Source: Eledone cirrhosa (lineage: Eukaryota). From it: a stretch of DNA of 64,000 bases. Position 1 is the first letter of the stretch. Each line of letters opens with the position of its first letter. Both the position numbers and the translations under genes were made by a program. The stretch is taken from assembly GCA_964016885.1 (NCBI GenBank), contig OZ024742.1:276210001-276274000 (forward strand), given 5' to 3'. The notes under the pieces are model-generated. The model made no database searches and had not been told where the DNA came from. It saw only the letters and a program-made list of their open reading frames with translations. Positions 39,601 through 53,272 of this stretch are shown here, one piece after another.

Positions 39601-42149
39601 GATTTGGACATGCGGAAAGTCTGCGCGAAGATGGTGCCAAAACTGCTGAACAATGACCAGAAGGGTCGACGCATGCAAGTGTGCCAGGACATCCTTGAGC
39701 GTCTTGAAACCGAACCAGACTTGCTAGGGACAGTCATCACCGGTGATGAGTCATGGATCTTCGAGTACGACCCGGAAACCAAACGCCAGAGCCTTCAGTG
39801 GAAGAGTCCGTCGTCGCCAAGGCCGAAGAAAGCACGACAGTCGAAGTCCAAAGTCAAGGTCATGTTGATCACATTCTTTGATGTGAGGGGGATCATCCAC
39901 TGCAAGTTCTTGCCACAGGGCCAGACGATCAACCAACATGTCTACAAAGAGATACTGCAGCGTTTGCTTCGTTCAGTGCGTGAGAAGAGGCGAGAGTTGT
40001 GACAGGACAACTCATGGCTGCTTCACCATGTCAACGCGCCTGCTCACAATGCCCTGAGCATCCGACAGTTCCTGGCCGAGAAGAACATCGCCGTGCTGGA
40101 GCAACCTCCCTACTCCCCCGACCTGGCTCCATGTGATTTTTTCCTATTCCCCAAGCTCAAGGGGGTCATCAAGGGGACCTGTTTTAAAGACGTGGATGAC
40201 ATCAAAAAGTCTGTGACGACAGAACTGCAGAGGATCCCAGAAGAATCCTTCCAGGAGTGCATGCAAGCGTGGCAGAAAAGGATGGAAAATTGCATTAGAC
40301 TCCAGAGGGATTGCTTTGAAGGAGAAAACTCTTAGTGTGAAGTTTGGGTTTGAAATAAATCTTTTGTGACATCAGTCCTGGAACTTTTCTGACACACCTC
40401 GTATATATGTAGGGTTGTTGAGTTCTTTGAGGACATTTACATGAATTTAGTAAAAGGCACATGTCATGTAAGACGAGACTTATTTGAGAAAAAATTAGCA
40501 TGAATAATCTTGAGACTTTTCTTGGTGCATTTATTCAACGGATCTGCCATTAGCATTGATGACTGCTTCAATACAAGGTCTGAAACATTGACATACCCAA
40601 ACCAGATGATCTTTATCTATTTTGGGCATTGTGTTATTATGGTGAATAGGCATAGAAGGGGACTTTTATTATAAAGTCGGCAGATGGTCTGCCAGAATAC
40701 TTCATTTGCTGATCTGAAGTCGGATTCCAGTTTAACCCCCATGACACAGATTACAGATAACTAGATGGTGATCAGTTGACAGCTTAAACTCTCTCTTAAC
40801 ACGATCATCCAACATAGAATCGAAGAAACCAGAGACAATAACAAAATCAATTACTGATCTCTGTTCTCAATTACCTTACTCCATGTGTATTTATGGATAT
40901 TTTTGTGTAGGAAGGTGTCCATAATAGAGAGACGATTACTTAAACGGTAATCTAATAAGGCTTCTCCATTTTTATTTAGATTAGGATCGCCATTCCTTCC
41001 AATCACTCCTTTCCATGTCAGGTGGTCAGTGCACTGAAGTCTCCCATTAGGATATATGACTCATTTTTAACTACATCTAATGCTGCAGTGACTTCATCAA
41101 GGAAGGATCTATATTTGAACTTTCTGTTTGGTGCATAAACTTGCACCACTCACAGAGACCTTTCTTTCAGCCCACGTTTCAAAGGACAAATCCTCTCACC
41201 TTAAGGGATCCAGTCCATAACACATTCCAATAGATGGGGACTTGTGAGTATCCCCATTGCCACCTATGCAGTCATTTCTGGCACCACACCTGAATAGTGG
41301 AGTTTCCATCCTCCACCTACAGTACCAGAACCATGGAACTTTGTTGAGGAAACCATGGCTACATCTAGCCAGTAGCATCTGACCTTATCCACTAGTTCCT
41401 GATCCTTACCTGTAAAAGTTGTAATGTTCCAGTTTCCAATTGTTACGATTTTCTCCCTTCTAGACCTCTGGGGTCTCAGAATATGAAACCTTTGTGTGTC
41501 ATTCTCATGCCTCCCAGGACAAGTTGCAGGCTCGTCGCCAATTAATAGTGTTGGATGGAGACTGCAATATATTTTCCAAACAGGCCCCTCTACCTAAAGC
41601 CAGAACATGTTCCTTGTTACTTCATGTAAAGGCTGATGTGGTATGAATGCTTTTATTCTAACCATATTGTTTTGGTAGTTTTATTCATGCCAGTCACTAA
41701 TTTGCTACTTTTCTCAGACCTGCAAAGACTAGCCTTTTTTAGAGACAGCCTTTACTTGCCTCGTCATAGCTACATCATTGGGTAGCAAGAATTTTCTCAG
41801 GAGCTAACAGTGTCACCCATTGCGCCATCTCCTCTAGAGTGCTCTGCTAGAGAATGGGTCACAGTTGGTAGATAGCAATATGGTCCCCAGGTGGTAAGTT
41901 GCGATATATGCAGGCTCCAGACGAACAACAGTAAGCTACTTGGGGAAGAAAGAGCAATGAATGACACTGTTAGCTACAATGATGTAGCTACAACAAGGCA
42001 AGTACAGGCCATTTCTAAAAAAAAATCGTCTTCACAGGTCTGAGAAAATTACCAAATTGGTGACAGGTACAAATAAGACCACCAAAATATAGCAAAGTTG
42101 AACATGGAAAAAAAAATAGATGAGATGGATAAACAAAAGCACCCAGCTC

Positions 42150-42201
<52 letters not shown>

Positions 42202-43625
42202 GGTAGAAATCCCATTTCATATATTTGTCCGCGTGCCCGAATGAAGGACCAGTTTTAAAAGTGTCTCCTCCAATACACAGTGGTGGCCAGAACTGGACCC
42301 TGAAACTAATGATAGCATATACATGTTAAGTGTATGAAACTTTGTTTATACTGTGTGTGTGTGTGTGTGTGTGTGCATATACAAAAGGCAAACAGAAATA
42401 ACAAAGCAGACGACACAATACAATGGTGAAATATATTAGTTTTATGCTTGATAGTGTGTGTGTGTGTGTGTGTGTGTGTTGCGTGCATGCACTAAAAGTT
42501 GTTTGTTTTCCTTACCTAATATATTATCATGTCTAAGCAGCACTGTTTGGTAAAGTTCAGTTTCTCTGAACCAACTATCTTCTTCTGTAGTAAAAAATAT
42601 CTTCACTGCAACATTTTCACCTCTCCACTTGCCTTTCCATACCTCACCATACCGGCCTTTTCCTATACTCTTAATCAAATATATTTGCTTAGCTATTGTG
42701 CGCTGAACCTAGAAAATGAAGGAAAAGGCATTTATCCAGGAAGTTTTTATAAAAATGATCAGTGATTATCAATTCATTTGTTGTTGATATTGTTTTTTTT
42801 TTATTTTCGTTCTCGGTTTGAAATTTTTCATGAGGTTTTTATAAACCAAAGTAAGCTGTTTTATTATAAAATAAAACAAAAAAAACAACGGTAATTTAAA
42901 CTTAAAGAGATACTACGAAAATTAGCAATGATGAGAATTTTCTTTTCTTTTTCTCTTTGTAGTTTTTAAATTTCAATTTGATATTTTTTAATGAATTAAA
43001 ATTGCTAGGTAGTGAATTCTATCATAATTGCATTCACATCTGGGATAATTTATAGGAATAATAAATATACCCTAGTACTTGTACTTGATAGATATTTCGT
43101 TTATTTTATTGATGGAAGAATAAAAACAATGTTGAATTCAGAACATAAAGGCCATAACTAAATACTGCAAGGCATTTTACATGATGCTCTAATGATTCTC
43201 TCTCTCTCGGGTAATCAAACTGTGTGTACATTTTGGGGGGGATACCCTCTGTCCGTGTGTGTTTGTGTGTGTGTGCATGCACACACGTATGTAATCATCT
43301 CTGTTTAATGTCTATTTTCCATGCTTGCATGAGTTAGCTGGCTGTCACTACATGCTATAGCCAAACCTGTCAAGTGACTAGGTCCTGCTCACATGCTTTA
43401 TTTTGGATTGGTTTCTATGGCTGGATGCCTTTCCTAACACCAAACAGATATCATCATCATGATTTTATATATATGCTTTTAAGCAGAAATTTAGATTTAT
43501 ACTCAAAAGTCAATAAAAATGCACACACATATAAATAAGTGCAGGCATGTGTGCACATACACACTCACAAATAAGTGTGCATGCACACATACATACAAAT
43601 AAGCATGCATGCACACCCACACCCA

Positions 43626-43659
<34 letters not shown>

Positions 43660-46600
43660 AAGGAAATTGAATATGGATCATGATTTCATTTTTTTTTAAT
43701 TCACATTACAATTTTTATTTTTTTATTTCTCTCTCTTTCCCCTCTGCATATTTTGATTTATGAAAACATCTTTGTTCAACCAATTTGAAATTTAAAAATA
43801 AAAATAAAATTGAAAACTGGAAAAGCAAAGTGAAAATAAAATAAAATAAAATGATAATTAGTAATCGTAAATTATACAATACAATTCTCAAATCAAATGA
43901 ATAATTATTGCTTAACTGTAATATTTATTGTAGTTAATATCATTTTGTTGTTTTGCTCAATTTTTAATTTCCTAAGACCAGATCTAAGAGGTTGGCTTGT
44001 TTTCAACTAGTCACAGTAATACAGTCAGTATAAAATACATACATGTGTGTGTGTGTGTGTGAGAATGAGTAAGTGTGCGTATGCACACGTGTGTGTGTTT
44101 AACTGGTTAACATGATGCAATATGCAATGCGATGCAGTTAATTAGCTTTGCTAGTCCTAGATGTAATTGTTTATAAATGTAGAAACAACTAGAGTCAGTT
44201 TGACAGCTGTGGTAAAGATTTGCTTTCTTTTGGTCAGTCATTAATTATGCACTCGGTTCTATTGATAGCTAATTAAATCCAAGGTGGGTTTTTTTTTAAA
44301 GAACAGACATGCAGAAATGATACTGAACTGCTGCAACCTAGGCGAGGTGCTTACGGGTGAGTGGATGTGTGGGTGTGTAAGTGAGAGAGAGAGAGCATGT
44401 GTATATGAATGTACTATATTGTGTGTATGGGGGGGGGGGGGGGGGAGCATGCAAATACAAGTGTGCTATAGTATATAGTGTGTGTGTGTATGTGTGTGTG
44501 TGTGTGTGTGTGAGAATGTGTATATAAGTGAACTATATAGTACATGAGTGTATGTGAGAGGAAGAGAGAGAGCATGTGTATATGAATGTACTATATGGGT
44601 AGTGGCTATGTATCTGAGTGCATATGTGAGAAAGAGAGAATGCATATGTATATGAGTGTACTATACTATATAATGTATGTGTGTGTGTATGAGTGTACTA
44701 TAGTATATGATGTCTGTGTGTGAAAGAGAGAGCATGTATAGTGTGTATAATGTGACGTTCATGACACCCAGGGCAAACTTTATAAAGGAAACCTGCTTTT
44801 ATTTATTAGGTTGCCGAAGATCCAGCATTGCTCATTGCCTTTCCAAGTTTTCCCCCGAAAGCTAAATGTGTGCAGCGTGATGTGTACATGAATATAGCAT
44901 GTGATGAATATGAGTATGTTTGTGAGTCTATGTGAATATGTGCAGAGACACACTGTGTGTTTGGTATTTGTGAGTTATTAAGTACTTGATGTAGTGTGCA
45001 TCTGTGTGTGTACACATGCAATGTATGGAAGCCACCATTATCTCCATTATTTAATGCCCGCTTTCCCTACTGGCAAAGGGTGGACATGTATTGTTGTTCA
45101 AATAAACTTAGAGTATATGACGACTGTGTGTACATGTGATGTGAATGTGTGTGTGTGCACATATGTGAAAAGGTATGTGATTTGTGTGTCTGTGTGTGTG
45201 TATGCATATGTGTGCGAGGTGAGACAAATAATTGTATATGTGTGTTTTCGGATATGTATATAACATGGTTTTATCTATAATTTGTTTAATTAGCTCTATT
45301 CATATAGAAGTATAGTAATTAAGATATTTCCTTCTATGTATATCAAGATAGTGAGAACATTTAAAAGGTGTATCATATATTTCTGAAAAATTGTCAACTT
45401 AACGCTTTCATGACCATATTTCTAATGAATTACACTCTATTTCAATTAATTAATGAAGAATTTTGAGTGATTTACTAAAATTATTAATGTAGAGGTCAAT
45501 TGAAGATTCTTTCAAGACAACCTTTTGCAGACTACTGATAAGACTTGTGGCTGGAATAAAGCACTAGCCAGGCAGAGGGTGACTTGGTAGTAGAACAGCG
45601 CAGTGGGTAGAGCCATTAAAGCCAAGAGGCAGGTATGGAAGGACTGGAAAAATGGGGGTAGCAGAGACTGGTACAAGGTAGCTAAGAGAGGCGGAAAAAA
45701 GTTTGCCAATGTCTTGGATTGTGAGGAACTAGAGACGTGAACTGTTCCACATTGCAAGACAGTGTGACAATGTGAATCGGGATGTTGTTGGGGAAAAGTG
45801 TCAGGAATGACACTGGTGCACAAAAGAAAGAGACCTGGAAATGTTACTATGAGAGGCTGATGAATGTAGAGAATGAATGGAAGGACCATCTATTGAAATT
45901 GACAATTATAGGGTTAAAGAAGCAATTAAGCAGATGAAGAATGGTAAAATTGCGGGACCGTCAGAGATAGTTGCCAAGATACTAAAAGCATCGGGAGATG
46001 TAGGAGTTCAACTAATAACACACATAGTCAATCAGATAATAGAGGACAGGGTCATACCCAATGACTGGCACAGCAGTACAATCATAAATTACAAGGTTAA
46101 AGGTGATGCTCTAGAAAGAAGCAACTAACTATAGAGGAATAAAAAGTTATGAAAGTGATGGAAAGAGTTATAGCACAGCTAATTAGAGAAAGAGACAAAT
46201 TACATGAGATGTGGCTTGATTTCATGCTGAGGAAAAGTACTGCAGATGCTCTCTTCTTAGTGAGGCAACTAGAAGAAAAGTTCCTAGCCAAAAATAAGCT
46301 GCTATATTTAGCTTTTGTTGATCTAAAAAAAACTTTTGACAGAATACCTCAATCTATTATCTGGTGGTCCTTAAGGAAATTAGGTATAGAAGAATGGCTT
46401 GTGAGAGCAGTGCAAGACATGTACAGAGGAGTTGTCAGTAACGTGAGAGTAGGAAGTGAGTGAAGTGAGGAATTCAAGTTATAGGTAGGAGTTCATCAGA
46501 GCTTGGATGAACTTAGGGAGAAAAGTGGTGTGCAAGAGAGAAGACTGCATTGGTATGGGCATCTGATGCACATGGTTGATGATCACTGGGTGAAGAAGTT

Positions 46601-49600
46601 CCAGGGAATCCCAGTAGGAGGAGGCCACAGTAGAGGTAAATCAAGACGGGGGATGATGAAGGAACATGACGAGAGGAGAAATGCTTGTGCTAATGAGGAC
46701 CCATTCAACCCATGCAAATATGGAAAAGCGAACACAATGATGATGATGATTTAATTACTAAGATAGTTAATTAACATGTACTTTTTATATATAATTATGT
46801 TGGGAGATTTTTATTTAACTGGGAACCTTTTACATTGGGTGGTTTTGGTCAGTTTGATAACAAAAAGGTTAAGAAGAGTTTAGCTTTAAATGTCATGCCT
46901 AATAATATAGCATGAAATTTGTCAAAATAATTCAATAGATAAAAGTGTCAAATGTGTGTTCATTATGTGGATATAAATATAATTAATACCAAAACAACTA
47001 GAAAGAAGAGAATACTGATTTCTTTTTGAAAAGATACAAAGGGCTTATATTTTTTTAAAAAGGAATACATTTAAAAAGGTTGTGTCATTCATACCTTTTT
47101 CTTAGAGTATTACTGGGATAAAGGAATTGAGACAAAGCTGCCTGGAGTTTATCTCTTGCTCAACAGCAATCAATAATTATCAAATAGTGGTTTCTTGTGA
47201 TTAAACAGAAAACTAAATTTTTCAGAAGAGTGGGCAGTTTGTGCACACCTGTATTTCTTTTGTCACTTGTACTTATTTTATTTACTCCAGAATGAGAAAT
47301 GAAAGGCAAAGTTGACATCAAGCAAAATTTGAAATCAGGGTTGCAGTCTAATAGAAGAGATAATGAAACTGATAATATCAACAACAAAAATACATGTCTA
47401 TATGGAATACAAATCTATCATTGCCACACAGTGAAGAAACTATAAATTCTAGCAGCATAAGTATTAACTCTGGTATTTTCCAAGGTGATTCATTTTCTCC
47501 TCTGATATTTTGCATTGCACTCACACTGCTCTCTTTGACACTCAACAAAACAAAACATGGCTACAAAATAGAGAGCAAAACCATAAATCACCTATTTAAA
47601 TGGATGACTTGAAGCTGTATGCCAAAAATGACAACGAATTGGAAGAACTGCTGAAGATAGTTAAGGTGTTCAACGATGATGTAGGGATGGAGTTTGGACT
47701 GGAAAAATGCAGCAAAGCAACATTCAAGAAAGGCAGAATAACAAGTATCAACTCAATGGAAATCGATATGCATATAGTAATTAGAGAACAAGAACAAGCC
47801 TACAGATATCTAGGGATCAATGAAGACCAAGATATTCACCACGTCAGCATGAAAGACAGAATCAGGAAGGAATGCTACCGGAGAGTATGTGCTGTTTTGA
47901 AAACTGAGCTTAACTCGAGAAATAAATTATCTGCCATAAATGCACTTACAGCCCCAGTTGTGTCACCTATAGCTTCAATATTATAAATTGGAACATAAAC
48001 AAAATTAAGAGAATGGAAGCCAAAATCAGGAAATGTTTGACCTGTAACAGAATACATCACTCAAAAGCAGATGTGAATCACCTCTATCTCTAGACAAAAT
48101 GGAGGTAGAGGAATAATCCAACTTGAGCTGTCATACAAAATATCAACCGTTGGACTCAATCAGGACCTTAAAACCAGATGACTGGATAATGAAAATGGTT
48201 GCAGACCACAAAAAGAAGAAGTGGTTACATCCAGCCAAAAGTAGGAAGTTTGCAGAAGAATTTGGAATATAGTTTGAAAATGATGGCGATTCTACAATTA
48301 AAGCTGCAAAGAATATCAAAATGTTGGCAAAACATGAAAGCCAACAGAGACTGTGCACTAAATGGGAGCAGAAACCACTGCATGGGCAGTATGTTCTCTG
48401 TAGCAAAGAAACTGATGTACATGAAACCCTCACCTATCAATGGCTGTGGAGTTCTGGGCTAAAGGCGAAGAATGAGGGTTTAATTTTGGCTACACAAGAC
48501 CAGGGTCTCTCAGCGTGCAACTTTCAAGCCAATGTGATCAGAAATGGAATTGACCCAAAATGTCAATTCTGTGATGACCATGTTGAGACCATTGACGAAC
48601 TGGTTTCTGAATGCAAAGTATTAGCTCCCCAATACTTACAGTGGGTAATGTGTAGGTTTTATGCCTGAAAACTGAGGGTAAGTGGTACAACCATCACCCA
48701 AATGCAGTAACAGGAGGCGAGATCGTAACAATTCTCTGGGAGTTCCTGTGAATACTGACAGATCAATCAAGGCCAACAGACCTGATATAATTGTGAAGGA
48801 CCATAAAGAGAAAATATGTTTCTTAATTGACACGAGAATTCCATCAGATCATAACAGCTCCTCAAAAGAGTTCAGAAAGCACAGTAAATACAAAGATCTA
48901 TTAAATGAAATGGAGAAAATCTCGCATTTTAAGTCCTGTACAATAGCAGTGATAGTCGGCGCACTTAGAATGATAAAAATGGGAACTAAAAAATATTTGG
49001 ACCAGATAGATACCTAGAAAACCATCTCTGAAAGAAATACAGAAAATAGTGCTGACTGAAACTGTCCATATCCTGAGATGGGCATTATCAATTTAAAAAC
49101 CTTGCAAAAACATTTTCTGATGTTTGTGCCCTTGTGGCATTATTTGTATGACAATTGATTGTAAAATGTGTGTATTATCAATTTTGCCTTGGGTGTCAGG
49201 TTGACATTCGGCATGATTTGGGATAGAAGCAGAATTCAAACTTTCAAGAAATAATAATAATGATAATAATAATAATTTCTTTTATTTGCTACAGAAACTT
49301 TGTATGAAGAAAAAATTCAAAGACATGACAACCTCCCAAGTGCTGGCACCACAATAAATTGCACCCAGTTAACCCTGAAAAATTGTTGGCATTAGTAAGA
49401 GTATCCAACTGCTGAAATCATGTCAAAAAGGAATGTATTAAGATGTGTTCCTCCAATCAGCTTAAGAATGTTGCTTAGGAGGACAGTAGTTTCAAGTAAG
49501 TACTGGCTTGGTCTGTAATGACCCATCCAACCCATGCCAGCACAGAAAAGCTGCCATAAAATTATCATCATCATCATCACCATCTTCATCATTGTTTAAC

Positions 49601-52600
49601 ATCTATTCTCCATGCTTGCATGAGTTACATGGGCTGTCATGATGCTAGGTGAATCAGATGACCACATCTTTCTCATACAATCTATTATTGACTTAGTTTT
49701 CTATGGATGGATGCCCTTCCTAATGTCAATCACATTTCAATGTGAAGTGGGAACATTTTTCATGGCCCCAGCATTATCATCTTACAATTATTATTATTTC
49801 CTTTGATTAGTAACAAGGCCTTAGAATTTCTGTGTAGTATGAAGGGAAGATATGACATATGTGCTTCTACAAGTTATATTTAGTGTTGTACGTGAAGTAA
49901 AATGGTTTCAACCAGGATTGAGATCATGTCACAGCAGCAGCAATTTTAACTCACCAAAAGTGGTAATCCTGATCCACTGCCAGAACTGTGGTTTATTAAG
50001 TCTTTAATACATTCTCCAGGATGTATTTGACTTTCTTCTTCCATATATTCAGATCTTAATAACCCTGTTCGACAAAATCTGAAATAAATTTTGAAAAGGA
50101 TTTGAAAAAAGGAAACAGGATAACCAACTTAATATATTTATGAAAAAAAAATGTTTTCAAACTACAATATAAGTTAAACAATTATTATTAACTGTGTTAA
50201 ATAGAAACTATATTTGTTCAACAAAATTAGTGGTTAATGGCATATTGGTGGCTGGTCAAACACTCGGTAAAGGGCACATTTGAAGACTGCCATGGGTGGC
50301 ACACACTCAAGCTGTGCTACTCAAGCAGTCTAGTCCATCATGGTAAAGTAAAGTGTCATTAAATCCTAGGTGTGTTTTGCTCATTTTAAACCTCAGGAAG
50401 AAAAACAAAGAGAGAAAAAGAGGAAAATTTTACCCTATACTGAACTGGTACATTATATACCTCAAAAGGATGAAAAGTGAAGTTTGAACTCAGAGTGCAG
50501 TGAGCCAAAACAAATATTATTAATCTAGTGCTCTAACAACTCTGCCAAATTGCCACCTTAGAGTTCATCATAATGATGGTTAAATTGTGTATGGAAGGCA
50601 GGATTTATTATTTTTATTTTGCTGTTCAGTACGTTTTGGTATAATCAAAAGCATTTGTAATGGCTCGGGAAGCAGGCAATGATGACTTAGTATACATTTC
50701 AGTTCCTTGGAGATTTATAAATAATTAATCCATTGTAATTTTATGTAAGAACCTTTGTTATATGATGTTCCAAATACCAGTTTAATAATGAGGAAGTTGG
50801 TTATATTACTAAATTCCTCCATATCCTCAATTATTTTCAAAATGATTTAGTTTGGGTTATCTGCCCTCTGAGTTTAAATCCCACTAAGATCAACTATCAG
50901 GGTCAATAGGATCAACTATCAGTCCAGGATAGTTGATTGGCAGAATTATTAAAGCATTGGATGTGATGGCTTGTGATATCTCATTCAGCCCTTTGTGTTT
51001 CAAGCTCCCCTGCAATGTTACTGCTAAGCTGTTTTGACCTTTATCATTCTCTTGGACTACATTGCAGACAGAAAGAGGGGTGACTGCATGTATTGGCACA
51101 TGTTGGTCTTACATGAAAAACCAAGCTCAGGCCTCACCTTAGGCAAGAACTTTCCAAGTGAAGATCCATGGTCTCACGAGACAAACAAAGGACTGAGATT
51201 AGTTGGCAACATAGCCCAGAGTTTGGATTTAATCCTTTAGCATTTAAACTGACCATATCCGTCTAGTATTCTCTTGCCCCTTTCTGTTTAAACCAGCTGC
51301 TCATACTTATGTTTAGGTATTGTTCTCAAAATAAAAAATATCAAAATCACACAGATTCGATATTATGTGAGATAAAGTGTTTACCATCAAAATACAATAG
51401 TAAATATAGAGTAATGTGAATGCTAAAGAGTTAAAACAACAAACAGTAGCAGCTAATTTAATATTCTAAGCATTTTTTTTTTTAAATCTGAATGAGGTGG
51501 AAAATTTGATGGTAGTAATATTATTAATGGTGTGTGTGTGCGCGTGTGTGTGTGGAGAGGGGAGTGTGTGGTATATGTAGATAGTTTAGCAGTCAGTTTG
51601 CAAGGTCTAAGTGGCTCAAGCAGACAGGCAGCAACTGGTATTTAAGTGAATGTATTGGTTTAGCCCCAGTTTTTAGTTTATGTGGTTGTTCTGATAAGTC
51701 TAACTATCTCAGTTTTCACACTTGATAGTCACAAATGAGATAATGTCTGTCAAGTGGAGTCATTGAAGTTCAAGATGACAAGGAAAATGCACTCATATTT
51801 TTAAGTAGAAAGAGAACAGATAAAACAGGTTATAAAAAACCAAATTCATAATAGAAATCAAAACAAATAAAGAACTCTGAGAAACTATATTTATATCTAT
51901 ATTTTTAACTGTTGGTCAATCAATGATAAACATTGATTGCCAGATGAATTAATTATAAAAATATTTTATAAATATATATATATATATATACACAGTAGTT
52001 TTATTTTTTAAGATATATTTATCAAACTTGGGTCAGTTTGTCTTCATGACTTGTTCTTTCGATCTCACTCGATAAACCCGCCATTGGCTTTGATGACAGC
52101 CTCAAGGCGGCCTCGGAACCAGCTACAGGCCTTCGTCACTGTCCCCCGACTTAGGCCCCTAAAGGCACTTGTGATCCTGGCCTTCAGATCGTCTTTCATA
52201 TTGCAGCTAGATCTGATGGTGTCTCATTCCACTGCGGCCCACACAAAGAAGTCGAGGGGGTTGCAGTCAGGCGAGCCGGGAGGCCAGATATCAGGTGAAG
52301 TGTGGTCGACGAAGTTCTCTGACAGCCAGGCTTGGGTCTTTCGGCTGGTATGGCAGGGCGCTGAGTCTTGCTGCCACACGTACGGCCTACCTGCAGCTAC
52401 CCGGTCGATCCAGGGCTTTACTACCTCGCTCAGAATGCGGATATAGCCATCGGTGTTCAGCTTGAGGCCCTCAGGGAAGAAGTGAAGTGGCATTACGTCA
52501 CCTTGACTGTTGACAACACCTAAGACCAATGTTGTCGCTGGAAATTTGTCTGCATGACTCTGGGCACGTCTTTGGATGAGACAGCGAGCCACCTGTTGTT

Positions 52601-53235
52601 CTGGGTGTTTGATCTTCTGGTCTTGGCAGAAGTTTTCCTCGTCGGAGAAAAACCACAGCATGTCTGGCTCCAGTGGGTGTTTCAACTTGTTGATCAGCTT
52701 CTTTGCGTGCTTCAGTCGCTTTTCTTGCATCGCCTTTGACAGAAATTGTCCTTTCCTCATCTTGTATGAAACGTAGCGAATGTCTTCATGTACCACCAGC
52801 CTAATGAGCTTTTCATCCACGCCTTTCTCCCTTGCAATGGCACGCATCGACTTGCTAGGTTCATTGTTGATGATATCCTGAACTTCAGCGACGAAGTCGG
52901 GCGTTCTAAAGGCGTCAGATCGTCGATCATGTGTTTTCCTCTTTGATGTTGCTTCGTAGTCAAATCCTGAATCTTCCAATTCCTTTGTGACCTTTTCCAC
53001 CATTTTCCTGCTGATGCTGAGAAAGTCTGAAATTGTCCTCCCAGCGTGGATTCCAAGAAGAACTCCGTGTCTCTTCCCCAAATTTGGAGGTTCAAAATTA
53101 TTCATAATCAATTATTCTGAAAATAAATAATGGAAATATAGTCACTGTTTTTATGAAGACAAGAGAGACAACGGAAGTAAAAAAAATTTGCATCAAATTA
53201 CCAGTTGAAAATTGCGAACAACAAATATCGTCCAC

Positions 53236-53272
<37 letters not shown>

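Larger units (their letters stand above)
36600..40401 (+). mobile_element. mariner transposon with ~103-bp TIRs, interrupted by an RTE insertion; transposase 39281-40335 has one frameshift and one premature stop
   Basis: 36600-36702 is the imperfect reverse complement of 40299-40401, with TA flanks. Motifs: [38 protein letters not shown]. Removing the RTE leaves about 1.31 kb. Confidence 0.92.
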
